Shown piece after piece: positions 37,749 to 51,733 of a stretch of DNA of 64,000 nucleotides. The notes beneath the pieces were generated by a model. The model was not told the DNA's origin and ran no database searches. It worked only from the letters and a program-made list of their open reading frames with translations. The position numbers and the translations under genes were made by a program. How positions within the stretch are numbered: the first letter of the stretch is position 1; each line of letters starts with the position of its first letter. This DNA is from Ranitomeya imitator (Eukaryota): NCBI RefSeq assembly GCF_032444005.1, contig NC_091285.1:293508001-293572000 (forward strand). The letters are read 5' to 3'.

Positions 37749-40421
37749 TCTTTCTCTTCCCTGACATTTTGCCCTCCCTTTCTCTAGCTCTGAATAGGAT
37801 TCTGGTCCAAGGATGGGAGAAGAAGACGGACTCGCAATTGATATCATATTGAAACCTGGAGCACCCGAGAATATAAAACTGAATGTTGTATGGACTTAAA
37901 ACTCTATAGGGGTTAACGGTATGCCCATAGCCCACTATTATGTCTAAACCTCTACTGGGGGGATGAATTGTCCCTCTGGGAATGCAAGCTTTTTTTCAAA
38001 ATATTATGTAAATTAAGGTTCATGGACTTATGATGATTGAGGAAATACTGTTATGTATATACAATGTTAGCGTCCATGACATTTGTGCCCTTATAGATCT
38101 AAGGTGATAGGATGTGTGCCTTCGTGCACTGTGGGACCTATATCCTGAGCGCCCCTACTGTATATATCTAACATCAATATTTGCGCCACATGGGCCCATG
38201 TGGGCTCTAAGTAAGTACACATAGGCATTGTGAAGTGTGGGGACTGAACTGTAAACACTTCCAATGGGAGTAAGGCGCTGGCGCATTTAGGACAAAGGGA
38301 CAATGGTGATATATGCATCCACTGATGGTATTCTAGCCACCTGGGCCGGATTAGGCCTAGGTGACCAAACATGCGCACTATGGACGGTGGGGACAGTACC
38401 TTCGGGGTGCCCCTAACGGATCAAAGATAAGTGCGTACTTGAGACATAGGGGGATACTATGTCGGACGTATGCTACGTCAGGACTTATGCCAACTGCGCC
38501 CACACAGGCCTCAAGCGATGATGCATACTTACGGCATACTGGGAGGAATATAACCTCTGGGTTCTCCATGTAACAAAAGCGCACGCGCATATGTAACTAA
38601 GGGGAATTCTGGAGTACGCATTTGGCGGGGGCACTTATGGTATATGCGCCCACTCGGGCTCTAATCAATCACGCCTGCGCAATACATACTGTGGGGTTGT
38701 GACGCCGAGCGCTACTAATAGACTGGAGGCGCCGGCATATCCACATTACAAGGAAATCTCCGATGTATATTAGTTATGATAATTGGGATACGCCATTTGC
38801 GCCCAGATGGGCTCCACAGGAGTGCGCGTGCGCATTGTATGCGGGGGGATGTTCTCTCAAGCACTTTTGAAGTTTAGTTTAATTGTGGTACAAAAAGTGT
38901 AGAAGCACTAACGGCAATAGGAGTACCTTACCGCAGGTTTCCTAGTCCAAAACATAAAACCTAAGATATGTAGGCACCCCCGGGACTTGAATGGGTGCGC
39001 AGGCGCACACCACAACATGAGAAGTCCGTGTGAGGCGTGTCTTAGTACTCCGCTCCTGGCACAAGTGAAGTAACCCATGTGACCAGTGAGCTCCACTTCC
39101 GGGGTAGCAGCGTACAGATGCATCCGCAAAGCCGCACAGCTGCGTCTCTCAGCTGAAACATGATCATGATTTAAGGTATCTATAAATAGACACAATTGAG
39201 TAACCTCAGACAGTACCACCTTGAGAAAGACACAGGGTGTGTCGGAACGCGTGGGTCCAGTAATCATGCCCGGACTGTAGCAGTGCACATAGGACCTTGA
39301 TGACGGTAGTGGACTTGGAGACGGCATAGGGTGAAGTATGACCAACTCGCCATTTAGGCAATACACCTTTTACCTGTCACCTCCAGGGTTGAAGGAAGCA
39401 TTTATGTGTTAATCTGTGTTCCTTGATATGCTCTGCACAAAACCCTTTTTGCAGAGGCTCACAGTAGCAGGGATCTCTTTATATATATGAGGGCAATTGG
39501 CTTTAGCACTTCAATGATTTTAGAGTGAAACTACCACACTGTGAGGTGCCATATATGCCCTAAGGACCACCAAGGTCCACGCAGAAGGGGTATACATACC
39601 TAGTGCATGGAAATAATAGGAAGTATAACCTTGGGTCTTCCCTGTATCAAATTATAATATACTACACAGCCGGGCATTTCTGTTATGTTTAATGTATATT
39701 GCTATATACTATATGATATTTGGATCTAATTGTTTGTTCAATGTGGAACAAGTTTTAAATGTTTTTATTAGTGTGTTCTGTCTGTTTTTTCTTTGGTGTG
39801 TCAAATAAAATTTGGTAATTTTTTGAATAGTATTTCTTTGTCTTGTGGTTGATCCTACAAGTATATGCATGTACCTGTTTCTTTATGGTTTTTCACTGGT
39901 AACCAGGGTAAACATCGGGATACTAAGCGCAGGGCCGCGCTTAGTAACCTGATGTTTACCCTGGTTACCAGCGTAAAAGTAAAAAAAACAAACAGTACAT
40001 ACTTACCTACCGCTGTCTGTCCCCGGCGCTCTGCTTCTCTGCACTCCTCCTGCACTGGCTGTGAGCGTCGGTCAGCTGGAAAGCAGAGCGGTGATGTCAC
40101 CGCTCTGCTTTCCGGCCGCTGTGCTCACAGACAGTGCAGGAGGAGTGCAGAGAAGCAGAGCACCGGGGACAGACAGCGGTAGGTAAGTATGTACTGTTTG
40201 TTTTTTTTACTTTTACGCTGGTAACCAGGGTAAACATCGGGTTACTAAGCGCGGCCCTGCACTTAGTAACCCGATGTTTACCCTGGTTACCCGGGGACTT
40301 CGGGATCGTTGGTCGCTGGAGAGCTGTCTGTGTGACAGCTCTCCAGCGACCAAACAGCGACGCTGCAGCGATCGACATCGTTGTCGGTATCGCTGCAGCG
40401 TCGCTGAGTGTGAAGGTACCT
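37383..40421. mobile_element. Harbinger-like MITE split by a 2276-bp insertion (37616-39891)
   Basis: TIR AGGTACCTTCACAC / GTGTGAAGGTACCT with TAA TSD; the insert is flanked by TTCACTGGTAACCAG at 37601-37615 and 39892-39906. Confidence 0.85.
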
Positions 40422-40926
40422 TAAGTCATATGCAATTATTCAGTTTGAGTATTGATCTAATTAGGATAAATCAATAATCATGACTTCTGCAGATTTTTCT
40501 AGGGTTTGAAAGATGGATAAGAAATGATTAAAAGAAAAGCAGATTTGTAAGACAATTTAGAGAAATCTAAAGTGAAAATTCATATCTGGAGGATCTTTTG
40601 CAAAAATAAAAGCATGTAGTGCTGCATACTGCAAGCATCATTGTCGGGTGTTTATCTGAGCAATATATGCACTATTTATCTAGGCATGATATAACAATAT
40701 GTAAGCACTGCTTGAATATTTTTATCTTAGCATTGCACACCAATTTCTAATTAAAGTATGTAGCACATGTCTAATAATTGTATGGCACTTGCCATTGTTG
40801 TGTCAATCAATATAACCTTGCATTATCTGGATATATTATTATTCACCTGAACACTTAGTTGAGGCTGGTTTGAAATAATTTTGGAAATGTGTGAGCTGGG
40901 TATCGAAGGACAACACTGTACAATTA

Positions 40927-41285
40927 GGCAATGTGCACACATTGCGGATTTTGCTGTGGATCTGCAGCTGTTTTCCATGCGGTGTACAGTACCATGTAAA
41001 CGTATGGAAAACAAAATCCACAGTGCACATGCTGCAGAAAAAAACACGCGGAAATGCAGGGTTGTTTTTTCCACAGCATGTCAATTCTTTGTGCGGATTC
41101 CGCAGAAGTTTACACCTGCTCCTCAATAGGAATCCACTGGTGTAAAACCGCAGGTGGAATCCGCACAAAAACAGCTGTAAATCTGGGGCAAATCCGCGGG
41201 TAATCCGCAGTGTGGATTACCTGCGGATTTTGCAAAAACAGTGCGGAAAAATCCGCACACCAATCCGCAACGTGTGCACATAGCC
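40927..41285. mobile_element. Harbinger-like MITE (359 bp)
   Basis: TIR GGCAATGTGCACACATTGCGGATT / AATCCGCAACGTGTGCACATAGCC with TTA TSD. Confidence 0.8.
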
Positions 41286-43046
41286 TTAAACAATGTGTAC
41301 ATTAGATTCGAGTGAGCACTTTTTTTAAAAAAATTGTTATAATACTAGTAAACTATTTAATTTATGAAAACATTATTTTCTAGTTATATTCTTGAGAATA
41401 AAAGACAGTATCAAATGGTTTGCACTATATTAACATAATATTTGAAAAATGTTATTTATGTGATAGGATTGAAATCTGTATTCCGTTGTGTTAACACTTT
41501 GCAATCATGTACCATTGTTTTTTGTGATATTATAGCATGACCTCATTGAGTGAACGCAGACACTAACATCAGGATTGATTCAGTATTCAGGAAATGTTTT
41601 CAATTAGTTTATCAACACCTTATGCAGACATGACATCCTAATTGTGTTTTAACTAAATTGGATAGAATATTAAATGAATTCTATAACTAGAGTTTAGTGT
41701 TTCCTGTTGTATCTTGATACATATATTCTCTTTGCCATGTTAAAACTTTCAAATTTGTAATTTAGACAATTCAGACTTTGAAAATTCTCTCAACGTTATA
41801 CAAATACAAACAATATTGACTGGTCTGTACTTACTGGATCAGATCACCCCACACCCTCAAAGAAAAGACTCAAATAAACTGCAGATTTAATTATTCTTAC
41901 CAAAATAATGTTACACTTGTCATGATTTAGCATTATAACATGTGAGAATAAGTAATTATTATGACAGTTAAAGATGGTGGAGTGTTGTAAAAAGAAATGC
42001 CATGGTCTTTTATGATCTAATAGTGTTCCAACGAGGCCACACAGTGAAACATTAAATTGTTTAATGTATGAATTAACCTGAATTAAAACAATGAGCTCTT
42101 CACACTGCTACAGTTCATTTAACAAAGATCATTGAGAAGCAAGGAAAGGGAAAACTGTATACACAAGAGGCATTACATATTATCGAGATTAGCAAAACAT
42201 TTTGCAGCTGTCTATTCAACGTTTTTACAGTTATGTATATCTACATTTTATTTTCTATTATTTCAGACACACACACTTACTTTACCAGCATGCTTTTTGA
42301 GGCTCATATCCATTTGCGAGAAAAACGGAAGAGTGCAATTCGATAAAAAATCGGATTGCACTCGAACCAATGTTATTTAATGGGTGACATCTCATCTGTG
42401 ATTTTTTTTCTCAGCTGAAATCGGACTGAGAAAAAAAATCACAGCAAGCCGCGATTTGCTGCATATCTCGGACGAGACTCGCCAATGCAAGTCAATGGAT
42501 GCGAGAAAAAAAACACACAACACTCGCAAAATGCCAGGTCATTTTCTCATGCTCCAGAGTTCAGCGCAGGCCAGGCTGTGAGGGAGCGCAGCTTCAGTGA
42601 GGGCACTGCTAGTCACCGAAGCTCCACTCTCTGCTTCCCCTCATTCACCAATAGTTTTCAGCCAGGGCGGTCGCATCTTGGCACAGTCCTGGTTGAAAAC
42701 TGTATATCCCGCAGATATGGATTATGGCGTGGGACACAACTACGGACAGGAATGGTATATTGGTGGTTTATTATTTTACTTTTATTACAGGAGATCGAGG
42801 GCAGCGCAAGAATTTGGAGTAACAAGGAAATGGTCAAACTGTGCTGTGTTTTATTTCATTAAAAGACTTTATTCTGGCTGTGTCTTTATTTCACATTTAC
42901 CAACTATAGAATTAGTAATAAATAGGTGTCTTATTGATACCTCTCCATTTCTAAGCTGGGCTTGATGTCACCTTTCAATACAAACGTGACATCAATCCCA
43001 CAACTATTACTCCACTTGCCACCGCTACAGGGCAAGTGGGAAGAGC

Positions 43047-44675
43047 AAGCCAATATGCTAAATGACTTTTTTTCATCAGTATTTACAAAAGAAAATCCCA
43101 TGGCAGACAATATGATCAGTGATAACAAAAATTCCACATTAAGTGTCACCTGCTTAACCCAGCAGGAAGTATGGCGGCGTGTAAAAATCACTAAAATTGA
43201 CAAATCTCCGGGCCCGGACGGGATACACCCTCGAGTACTGCAGGAATTAAGTACAGTCATTGATAGACCATTATTTTTAATCTTTAAAGACTCCATAATA
43301 ACAGGGTCTGTGCCAACAGGACGGGCGTATAGCAAATGTGGTGCCAATATTCAAAAAGGGGACAAAAACCGAACTCGGTAATTATAGGCCAGTAAGCTTA
43401 ACCTCTACTGTGGGTAAAATCCTGGAGGGCATTCTAAGGGATGCTATACTGGAGTATCTAAAGAGGAATAACCTCATGACCCAGTATCAGCACGGGTTTA
43501 CTAGGGACCGTTCATGTCAGACTAATTTGATCAGCTTCTATGAAGAGGTAAGTTCCGGACTGGACCAAGGGAACCCAGTAGATGTATTGTATATGGACTT
43601 TTCAAAAGCTTTTGATACGGTGCCACAGAAAAGGTTGATACATAAAATGAGAATAATGGGAATTGGGGAAAATATGTGTAAGTGGGTTGAAAGCTGGCTC
43701 AGGGATAGGAAACAAAGGGTGGTTATTAATGGAACACACTTGGACTGGGTCGCAGTTAGCAGTGGGGTACCACAGGGGTCAGTATTGGGCCCTCTTCTTT
43801 TTAACATATTTATTAATGACGTTGTAGGGGGCATTCAGAGTAGAATTTTAATATTTGCAGATGACACTAAACTCTGCAGGGTAATCAATACAGGGGAGGA
43901 CAAGTTTATATTACAGGATGATTTATGTAAAATAGAAGCTTGGGCTGATAAATGGCAAATGAGCTTTAATGGGGATAAATGTAAGGTCATGCACTTGGGT
44001 AGAAGTAATAAGATGTATAACTATGTGCTTAATTCTAAAACTCTGGACAAAACCGTCAATGAAAAAGACCTGGGTGTATGGGTGGATGACAAACTCATAT
44101 TCAGTGGCCAGTGTCAGGCGGCTGCTACTAAGGCAAATAAAATAATGGGATGCATTAAAAGAGGCATAGATGCTCATGAGGAGAATATAATTTTACCTCT
44201 ATACAAGTCAATTGTTCGACCACACTTAGAATACTGTGCACAGTTCTGGTCTCCGGTGTATAAGAAAGACATAGCTGAACTGGAGTGGGTTCAGAGAAGA
44301 GCAACCAAGGTAATTAGAGGACTGGGGGGTCTGCAATACCAAGATAGGTTATTACACTTGGGGCTATTTAGTTTGGAAAAACAAAGACTAAGGGGTGATC
44401 TTATTGTAATGTATAAATATATGAGGGGACAGTACAAAGACCTTTCTGATGATCTTTTTAATCATAGACCTGAGACAGGGACAAGGGGGCATCCTCTACG
44501 TCTGGAGGAAAGAAGGTTTAAGCATAATAACAGACGCGGATTCTGTACTGTAAGAGCAGTGAGACTATGGAACTCTCTGCCATATGATGTTGTAATGAGT
44601 GATTGGTTACTTAAATTTAAGAGGGGACTGGATACCTTTCTGGAAAAGTATAATGCTATAGGGTATATATACTAG
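43047..44675 (+). pseudogene. CR1 ORF2 reverse transcriptase region with one frameshift near 43317
   Basis: NDFFSSVFTKE and KSPGPDGIHPRVL in one frame, PIFKKG onward in another. Confidence 0.9.
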
Positions 44676-44893
44676 ATTCCTTGATAGGGCGTTGATCCAG
44701 GGAACTAGTCTGATTGCCGTATGTGGAGTCGGGAAGGAATTTTTTTCCCAATGTGGAGCTTACTCTTTGCCACATGGGTTTTTTTTTGCCTTCCTCTGGA
44801 TCAACATGTTAGGGCATGTTAGGTTAGGCTATGGGTTGAACTAGATGGACTTAAAGTCTTCCTTCAACCTCAATAACTATGTAACTATGTAAC
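43047..44893 (+). mobile_element. 5'-truncated CR1 LINE
   Basis: RT motifs YMDFSKAFDTV, GVPQGSVLGPLLF and FADD; 3' tail of TATGTAAC octamer repeats; no TSD. Confidence 0.93.
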
Positions 44894-45725
44894 TAAGTGC
44901 TGGAATTGGGGCATCTTAGAGATGTGCCTTTTCTGGGGCAGCTGATTGCTGATAGCCCCTTCCTAGGCTATTAATATCAGCCCGAGCTGTCTGCATAGCC
45001 TTTGCTGGTTATTAATTATGGGGGAACACCACATCATTTTTTGGGTCGGTCCCCCATTTTAACCCCTTTACCCCCAAGGGTGGTTTGCACGTCAATGACC
45101 AGGCCAATTTTTACAATTCTGACCACTGTCCCTTTATGAGGTTATAACTCCGAAATGCTTCAACGGATCCTGGTGATTCTGACATTGTTTTCTCGTGACA
45201 TATTGTACTTCATGATAGTGGTAAAATTTCTTTGATAGTACCTGCGTTTATTTGTGAAAAAAACAGAAATTTGGCGAAAATTTTGAAAATTTCGCAATTT
45301 TCAAACTTTGAATTTTTATGCAATTAAATCACAGAGATATGTCACACAAAATACTTAATAAGTAACATTTCCCACATGTCTCCTTTACATCAGCATAATT
45401 TTGGAACCAATTTTTTTTTTTGTTAGGGAGTTATAAGGGTTAAAAGTTGACCAGCAATTTCTCATTTTTACAACACCATTTTTTTTTAGGGACCACGTCT
45501 CATTTGAAGTCATTTTGAGGGGTCTATATGATAGAAAATGCCCAAGTGTGACACCATTCTAAAAACTGCACCCCTCAAGGTGCTCAAAACCACATTCAAG
45601 AAGTTTATTAACCCTTCAGGTGTTTAATAGGAATTTTTGGAATGTTTAAATAAAAATGAACATTTAACTTTTTTACACAAAAAATTTACTTCAGCTCCAA
45701 TTTGTTTTATTTTACCAAGGGTAAC

Positions 45726-47890
45726 AGGAGAAATTGGACCCAAAAAGTTGTTGTCCAATTTGTCCTGAGTACGCTGATACCCCATATGTGGCAGTAAACC
45801 ACTGTTTGGGCGCATGGGAGAGCTCGGAAGGGAAGGAGCGCTATTTGACTTTTCAATGCAAAATTGACAGGAATTGAGATGGGACGCCATGTTGCGTTTG
45901 GAGAGCCACTGATGTGCCTAAACATTGAAACCCCCCACAAGTGACACCATTTTGGAAAGTAGACCCCCTAAGGAACTTATCTGGATGTGTGGTGAGCACT
46001 TTGACCCACCAAGTGCTTCACAGAAGTTTATAATGCAGAACCGTAAAAATAAAAAATCATATTTTTTCACAAAAATTATATTTTTGCCCCCAATTTTTTA
46101 TTTTTCCAAGGGTAAGAGAAGAAATTGGACCTTAAAAGTTGTTGTCCAATTTGTCCTGAGTACGCTGATACCCCATATGTGGCAGTAAACCACTGTTTGG
46201 GCGCATGGGAGAGCTCGGAAGGGAAGGAGCGCAGTTAGACTTTTCAATGCAAAATTGACAGAAATTGAGATGGGACGCCATGTTGCGTTTGGAGAGCCAC
46301 TGATGTGCCTAAACATTGAAACCCCCCACAAGTGACACCATTTTGGAAAGTAGACCCCCTAAGGAACTTATCTAGAGGTGTGGTGAGCACTTTGACCCAC
46401 CAAGTGCTTCACAGAAGTTTATAATGCAGAACCGTAAAAATAAAAAATCATATTTTTTCACAAAAATTATATTTTTGCCCCCAATTTTTTATTTTTCCAA
46501 GGGTAAGAGAAGAAATTGGACCTCAAAAGTTGTTGTCCAATTTGTCCCGAGTACGCTGATACCCCATATGTGGCAGTAAACCACTGTTTGGGCGCATGGG
46601 AGAGCTCGGAAGGGAAGGAGCGCCGTTTGACTTTTCAATGCAAAATTGACAGGAATTGAGATGGGACGCCATGTTGCGTTTGGAGAGCCACTGATGTGCC
46701 TAAACATTGAAACCCCCCACAAGTGACACCATTTTGGAAAGTAGACCCCCTAAGGAACTTATCTGGATGTGTGGTGAGCACTTTGACCCACCAAGGGCTT
46801 CACAGAAGTTTATAATGCAGAGCCATAAAAATAAAACAAAATTTTTTTCCCACAAAAATTATTTTTTAGCCCCCAGTTTTGTATTTTCCCTAGGGTAACA
46901 GGAGAAATTGGACCCCAAAAGTTGTTGTCCAATTTGTCCTGAGTACGCTGATACCCCATATGTGGGGGGGAACCACCGTTTGGGCGCATGGGAGGGTTCG
47001 GAAGGGAAGGAGCGCCATTTGGAATGCAGACTTAGATGGAATGGTCTGCAGGCGTCACATTGCGTTTGCAGAGCCCCTAATGTACCTAAACAGTAGAAAC
47101 CCCCCACAAGTGACACCATTTTGGAAAGTAGACCCCCTAAGGAACTCATCTTGATGTGTTGAGAGCTTTGAACCCCCAAGGATTTCACTACAGTTTATAA
47201 CGCAGAGCCATGCAAATAAAAAATATTTTTTTTTCCACAAAAATTATATTTTAGCCCCCAGTTTTGTATTTTTCCAAGGTTAGCAGGAGAAATTGGACCC
47301 TAAATGTTGTTGTCCAACTTGTCCTGAGTACGCTGATACCCGATATGTGGGGGGGAACCACCGTTTGGGCGCATGGGAGGGCTCGGAAGGGAAGGAGCAT
47401 CATTTGGAATGCAGACTTAGATGGATTGGTCTGCAGGCGTCACATTGCGTTTGCAGAGCCCCTAATGTACCTAAACAGTAGAAACCCCCCACAAGTGACC
47501 CCATATTGGAAACTAGACCCCTCAATGAACTTATCTAGATGTGTTGTGAGAACTTTGAACCCCCAAGTATTTCACTACAGTTTATAACGCAGAGCCGTGA
47601 AAATAAAAAATCTTTTTGTTTTCCCACAAAAATTATTTTTTAGCCCCCAGTTTTGTATTTTCCCAAGGTAACAGGAGAAATTGGTCCACAAAAGTTGTTG
47701 TCCAATTTGTCCTGAGTACGCTGATACCCCATATGTTGGGGTAAACCCCTGTTTGGGCACACAGGAGAGCTCGGAAGGGAAGGAGCACTGTTTTACTTTT
47801 TCAACGCAGAATTGGCTGGAATTGAGATCGGACGCCATGTCGTGTTTGGAGAGCCCCTGATGTGCCGAAACAGTGGAAACCCCCCAATTA
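45726..47890. repeat. Internal tandem array of a ~385-393-bp unit (about 5.5-6 copies)
   Basis: GAAATTGG(A/T)CC anchor recurring at roughly 390-bp spacing; repeated ORF calls at 45707, 46098 and 46489. Confidence 0.92.
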
Positions 47891-47897
47891 TAACTGA

Positions 47898-48049
47898 AAC
47901 CCTAATCTAAACACACCCCTAACCCTAATTCCAACGGTAACCCTAACCACACCTCTAACCCTGACACACCCCTAACCCTAATCCCAACCCTATTCCCAAC
48001 TGTAAATGTAATCTAAACCCTAACCCTAACTTTAGCCCCAACCCTAACT
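47898..48049. repeat. Degenerate (CCCTAA)n telomere-like tract
   Basis: Multiple AACCCTAA/CCCTAA units running into the gap. Confidence 0.8.
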
Positions 48050-48346
48050 NNNNNNNNNNNNNNNNNNNNNNNNNNNNNNNNNNNNNNNNNNNNNNNNNNN
48101 NNNNNNNNNNNNNNNNNNNNNNNNNNNNNNNNNNNNNNNNNNNNNNNNNNNNNNNNNNNNNNNNNNNNNNNNNNNNNNNNNNNNNNNNNNNNNNNNNNNN
48201 NNNNNNNNNNNNNNNNNNNNNNNNNNNNNNNNNNNNNNNNNNNNNNNNNNNNNNNNNNNNNNNNNNNNNNNNNNNNNNNNNNNNNNNNNNNNNNNNNNNN
48301 NNNNNNNNNNNNNNNNNNNNNNNNNNNNNNNNNNNNNNNNNNNNNA
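48050..48346. other. Assembly gap (297 N)
   Basis: Run of N. Confidence 1.
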
Positions 48347-50124
48347 AAATGGAAATAAATACATTTTTTTTTATTTTTCCCTAACTAAGGGGGTGATGAA
48401 GGGGGGTTTGATTTACTTTTATAGCGAGTTTTTTAGCGGATTTTTATGATTGGCAGCCGTCACACACTGAAAGACCCTTTTTATTGCAAAAAATATTTTT
48501 TGCAATACCACATTTTGAGAGCTATAATTTTTCCATATTTTGGTCCACAGAGTCATGTGAGGTCTTGTTTTTTGCGGGACGAGTTGACGTTTTTATTAAA
48601 AACATTTTTGGGCACGTGACATTTTTTGATCGCTTTTTATTCCGATTTTTGTGAGGAAGAATGACCAAGAGCCAGCTATTCATGAATTTCTATTGGGGGA
48701 GGCGTTTATACCGTTCCGCGCTTGGTAAAATTGATAAATCAGTTTTATTCTTCGGGTCAGTACGATTACAGCGATACCTCATTTATATCATTTTTTTATG
48801 GTTTGGCGCTTTTATACGATAAAAACTATTTTACAGAAAAAATTATTATTTTTGCATCGCTTTTTTCTCAGGACTATAACTTTTTTATTTTTTGCTGATG
48901 ATGCTGTATGGCGGCTCTTTTTTTGCGGGACAATATGACGCTTTCAGCGGTACCATGGTTATTTATATCTGTCCTTTTGATCGCGTGTTATTCCACTTTT
49001 TGTTCGGCGGTATGATAATAAAGCGTTGTTTTTTGCCTCGTTTTTTTTTTTTTTTCTTACGGTGTTTACTGAAGGGGTTAACTAGTGGGACAGTTTTATA
49101 GGTCGGGTCGTTACGGACGCGGCGATACTAAATATGTGTACTTTTATTGTTTTTTTTTTTTTATTTAGATGAAGAAATGTATTTATGGGAATAATATATT
49201 TTTTTTTTTTCATTATTTTGGAATATTTTTTTTTATTTTTTTTACACATTTGGAAAATTTTTTTTTTACTTTTTTACTTTGTCCCAGGGGGGGACATCAC
49301 AGATCAGTGATCTGACAGTTTGCACAGCACTCTGTCAGATCACTGATCTGACATGCAGCGCTGCAGGCTTCACAGTGCCTGCTCTGAGCAGGCTCTGTGA
49401 AGCCACCTCCCTCCCTGCAGGACCCGGATCCACGGCCATCTTGGATCCGGGGCTGGAGGGAGCAGGGAGGGAGGTGAGACCCTCGCAGCAACGCGATCAC
49501 ATCGCGTTGCTCCGGGGGTCTCAGGGAAGCCCGCAGGGAGCCCCCTCCCTGCGCAGTGCTTCCCTGCACCGCCGGCACATCGCGATCATCTTTGATCGCG
49601 GTGTGCCAGGGGTTAATGTGCCGGGGGCGGTCCGTGACCGCTCCTGGCACATAGTGCCGGATGTCAGCTGCGATAAGCAGCTGACACCCGGCCGCGATCG
49701 GCCGCGCACCCCCCGTGAGCGCGGCCGATCGGCTATGACGTACTATCCCGTCCAGGGTCAGATAAGCCCAGGGCACCTCGACGGGATAGTACGTCTAAGG
49801 TCACAGAGGGGTTAATAGCCAGAAAAGGCCAGGTATACAGCTGCGAGCTGATATTAAGCTCCATGAGTATTACCCCATTCCCAGGCTGTAAACATGTGCC
49901 CCCAGTCACTAGCTTTCACTGTGCTGGTTTTGAAAACTGCACAGGAGCCCACACCATTGTTTTCCAAAAAAAATAATCATTTATTAATTAATCAATCAAT
50001 CAATCACATGTCCAATAATTTGCACATGCACTGTACTTATTGTATTTGTCACTGACATCACTATATCTACCTATTCTATATGAATTTTCTGTATGTAATC
50101 CACCTCTTCTATCCTGTCTATATA

Positions 50125-51733
50125 CAGGTCCTTCTCAAAAAATTAGCATATAGTGTTAAATTTCATTATTTACCATAATGTAATGATTACAATTAAACTT
50201 TCATATATTATAGATTCATTATCCACCAACTGAAATTTGTCAGGTCTTTTATTGTTTTAATACTGATGATTTTGGCATACAACTCCTGATAACCCAAAAA
50301 ACCTGTCTCAATAAATTAGCATATCAAGAAAAGGTTCTCTAAACGACCTATTACCCTAATCTTCTGAATCAACTAATTAACTCTAAACACATGCAAAATA
50401 TACCTGAGGCTTTTATAAACTCCCTGCCTGGTTCATTACTCAAAACCCCCATCATGGGTAAGACTAGCGACCTGACAGATGTCAAGAAGGCCATCATTGA
50501 CACCCTCAAGCAAGAGGGTAAGACCCAGAAAGAAATTTCTCAACAAATAGGCTGTTCCCAGAGTGCTGTATCAAGGCACCTCAATGGTAAGTCTGTTGGA
50601 AGGAAACAATGTGGCAGAAAACGCTGTACAACGAGAAGAGGAGACCGGACCCTGAGGAAGATTGTGGAGAAGGACCGATTCCAGACCTTGGGGAACCTGA
50701 GGAAGCAGTGGACTGAGTCTGGTGTGGAAACATCCAGAGCCACCGTGCACAGGCGTGTGCAGGAAATGGGCTACAGGTGCCGCATTCCCCAGGTAAAGCC
50801 ACTTTTGAACCATAAACAGCGGCAGAGGCGCCTGACCTGGGCTACAGAGAAGCAGCACTGGACTGTTGCTAAGTGGTCCCAAGTACTTTTTTCTGATGAA
50901 AGCAAATTTTGCATGTCATTCGGAAATCAAGGTGCCAGAGTCTGGAGGAAGACTGGGGAGAAGGAAATGCCAAAATGCCTGAAGTCCAGTGTCAAGTACC
51001 CACAGTCAGTGATGGTGTGGGGTGCCACGTCAGCTGCTGGTGTTGGTCCACTGTGTTTCATCAAGGGCAGGGTCAATGCAGCTAGCTATCAGGAGATTTT
51101 GGAGCACTTCATGCTTCCATCGGCTGAAATGCTTTATGGAGATGAAGATTTCATTTTTCAGCACGACCTGGCACCTGCTCACAGTGCCAAAACCACTGGT
51201 AAATGGTTTACTGACCATGGTATTACTGTGCTCAATTGGCCTGCCAACTCTCCTGACCTGAACCCCATAGAGAATCTGTGGGATATTGTGAAGAGAAAGT
51301 TGAGAGACGCAAGACCCAACACTCTGGATGAGCTTAAGGCCGCTATTGAAGCATCCTGGGCCTCCATAACATCTCAGCAGTGTCACAGACTGATTGCCTC
51401 CATGCCACGCCGCATTGAAGCAGTCATTTCTGCCAAAGGATTCCCGACCAAGTATTGAGTGCATAACTGAACATTATTATTTGTTGGTTTTTTTGTTTGT
51501 TATTAAAAAACACTTTTATTTGATTGGATGGGTGAAATATGCTAATTTATTGAGACAGGTTTTTTGGGTTATCAGGAGTTGTATGCCAAAATCATCAGTA
51601 TTAAAACAATAAAAGACCTGACAAATTTCAGTTGGTGGATAATGAATCTATAATATATGAAAGTTTAATTGTAATCATTACATTATGGTAAATAATGAAA
51701 TTTAACACTATATGCTAATTTTTTGAGAAGGAC

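Larger units (their letters stand above)
45063..49811. mobile_element. Large non-autonomous piggyBac-like element
   Basis: TTAA|CCCC...GGGG|TTAA (TSD 45059-45062 and 49812-49815); the host MITE sequence resumes on the far side; no transposase. Confidence 0.7.

Noticed and set aside
38439-38470. Hammerhead-like TTGA-GACATAG..CTATGTC-GGACG
   Set aside because: Has a good stem but both core strands are incomplete.
49279-49815. 178-aa and 159-aa overlapping ORFs
   Set aside because: GC-rich palindromic end of the TTAA element with no transposase motifs.
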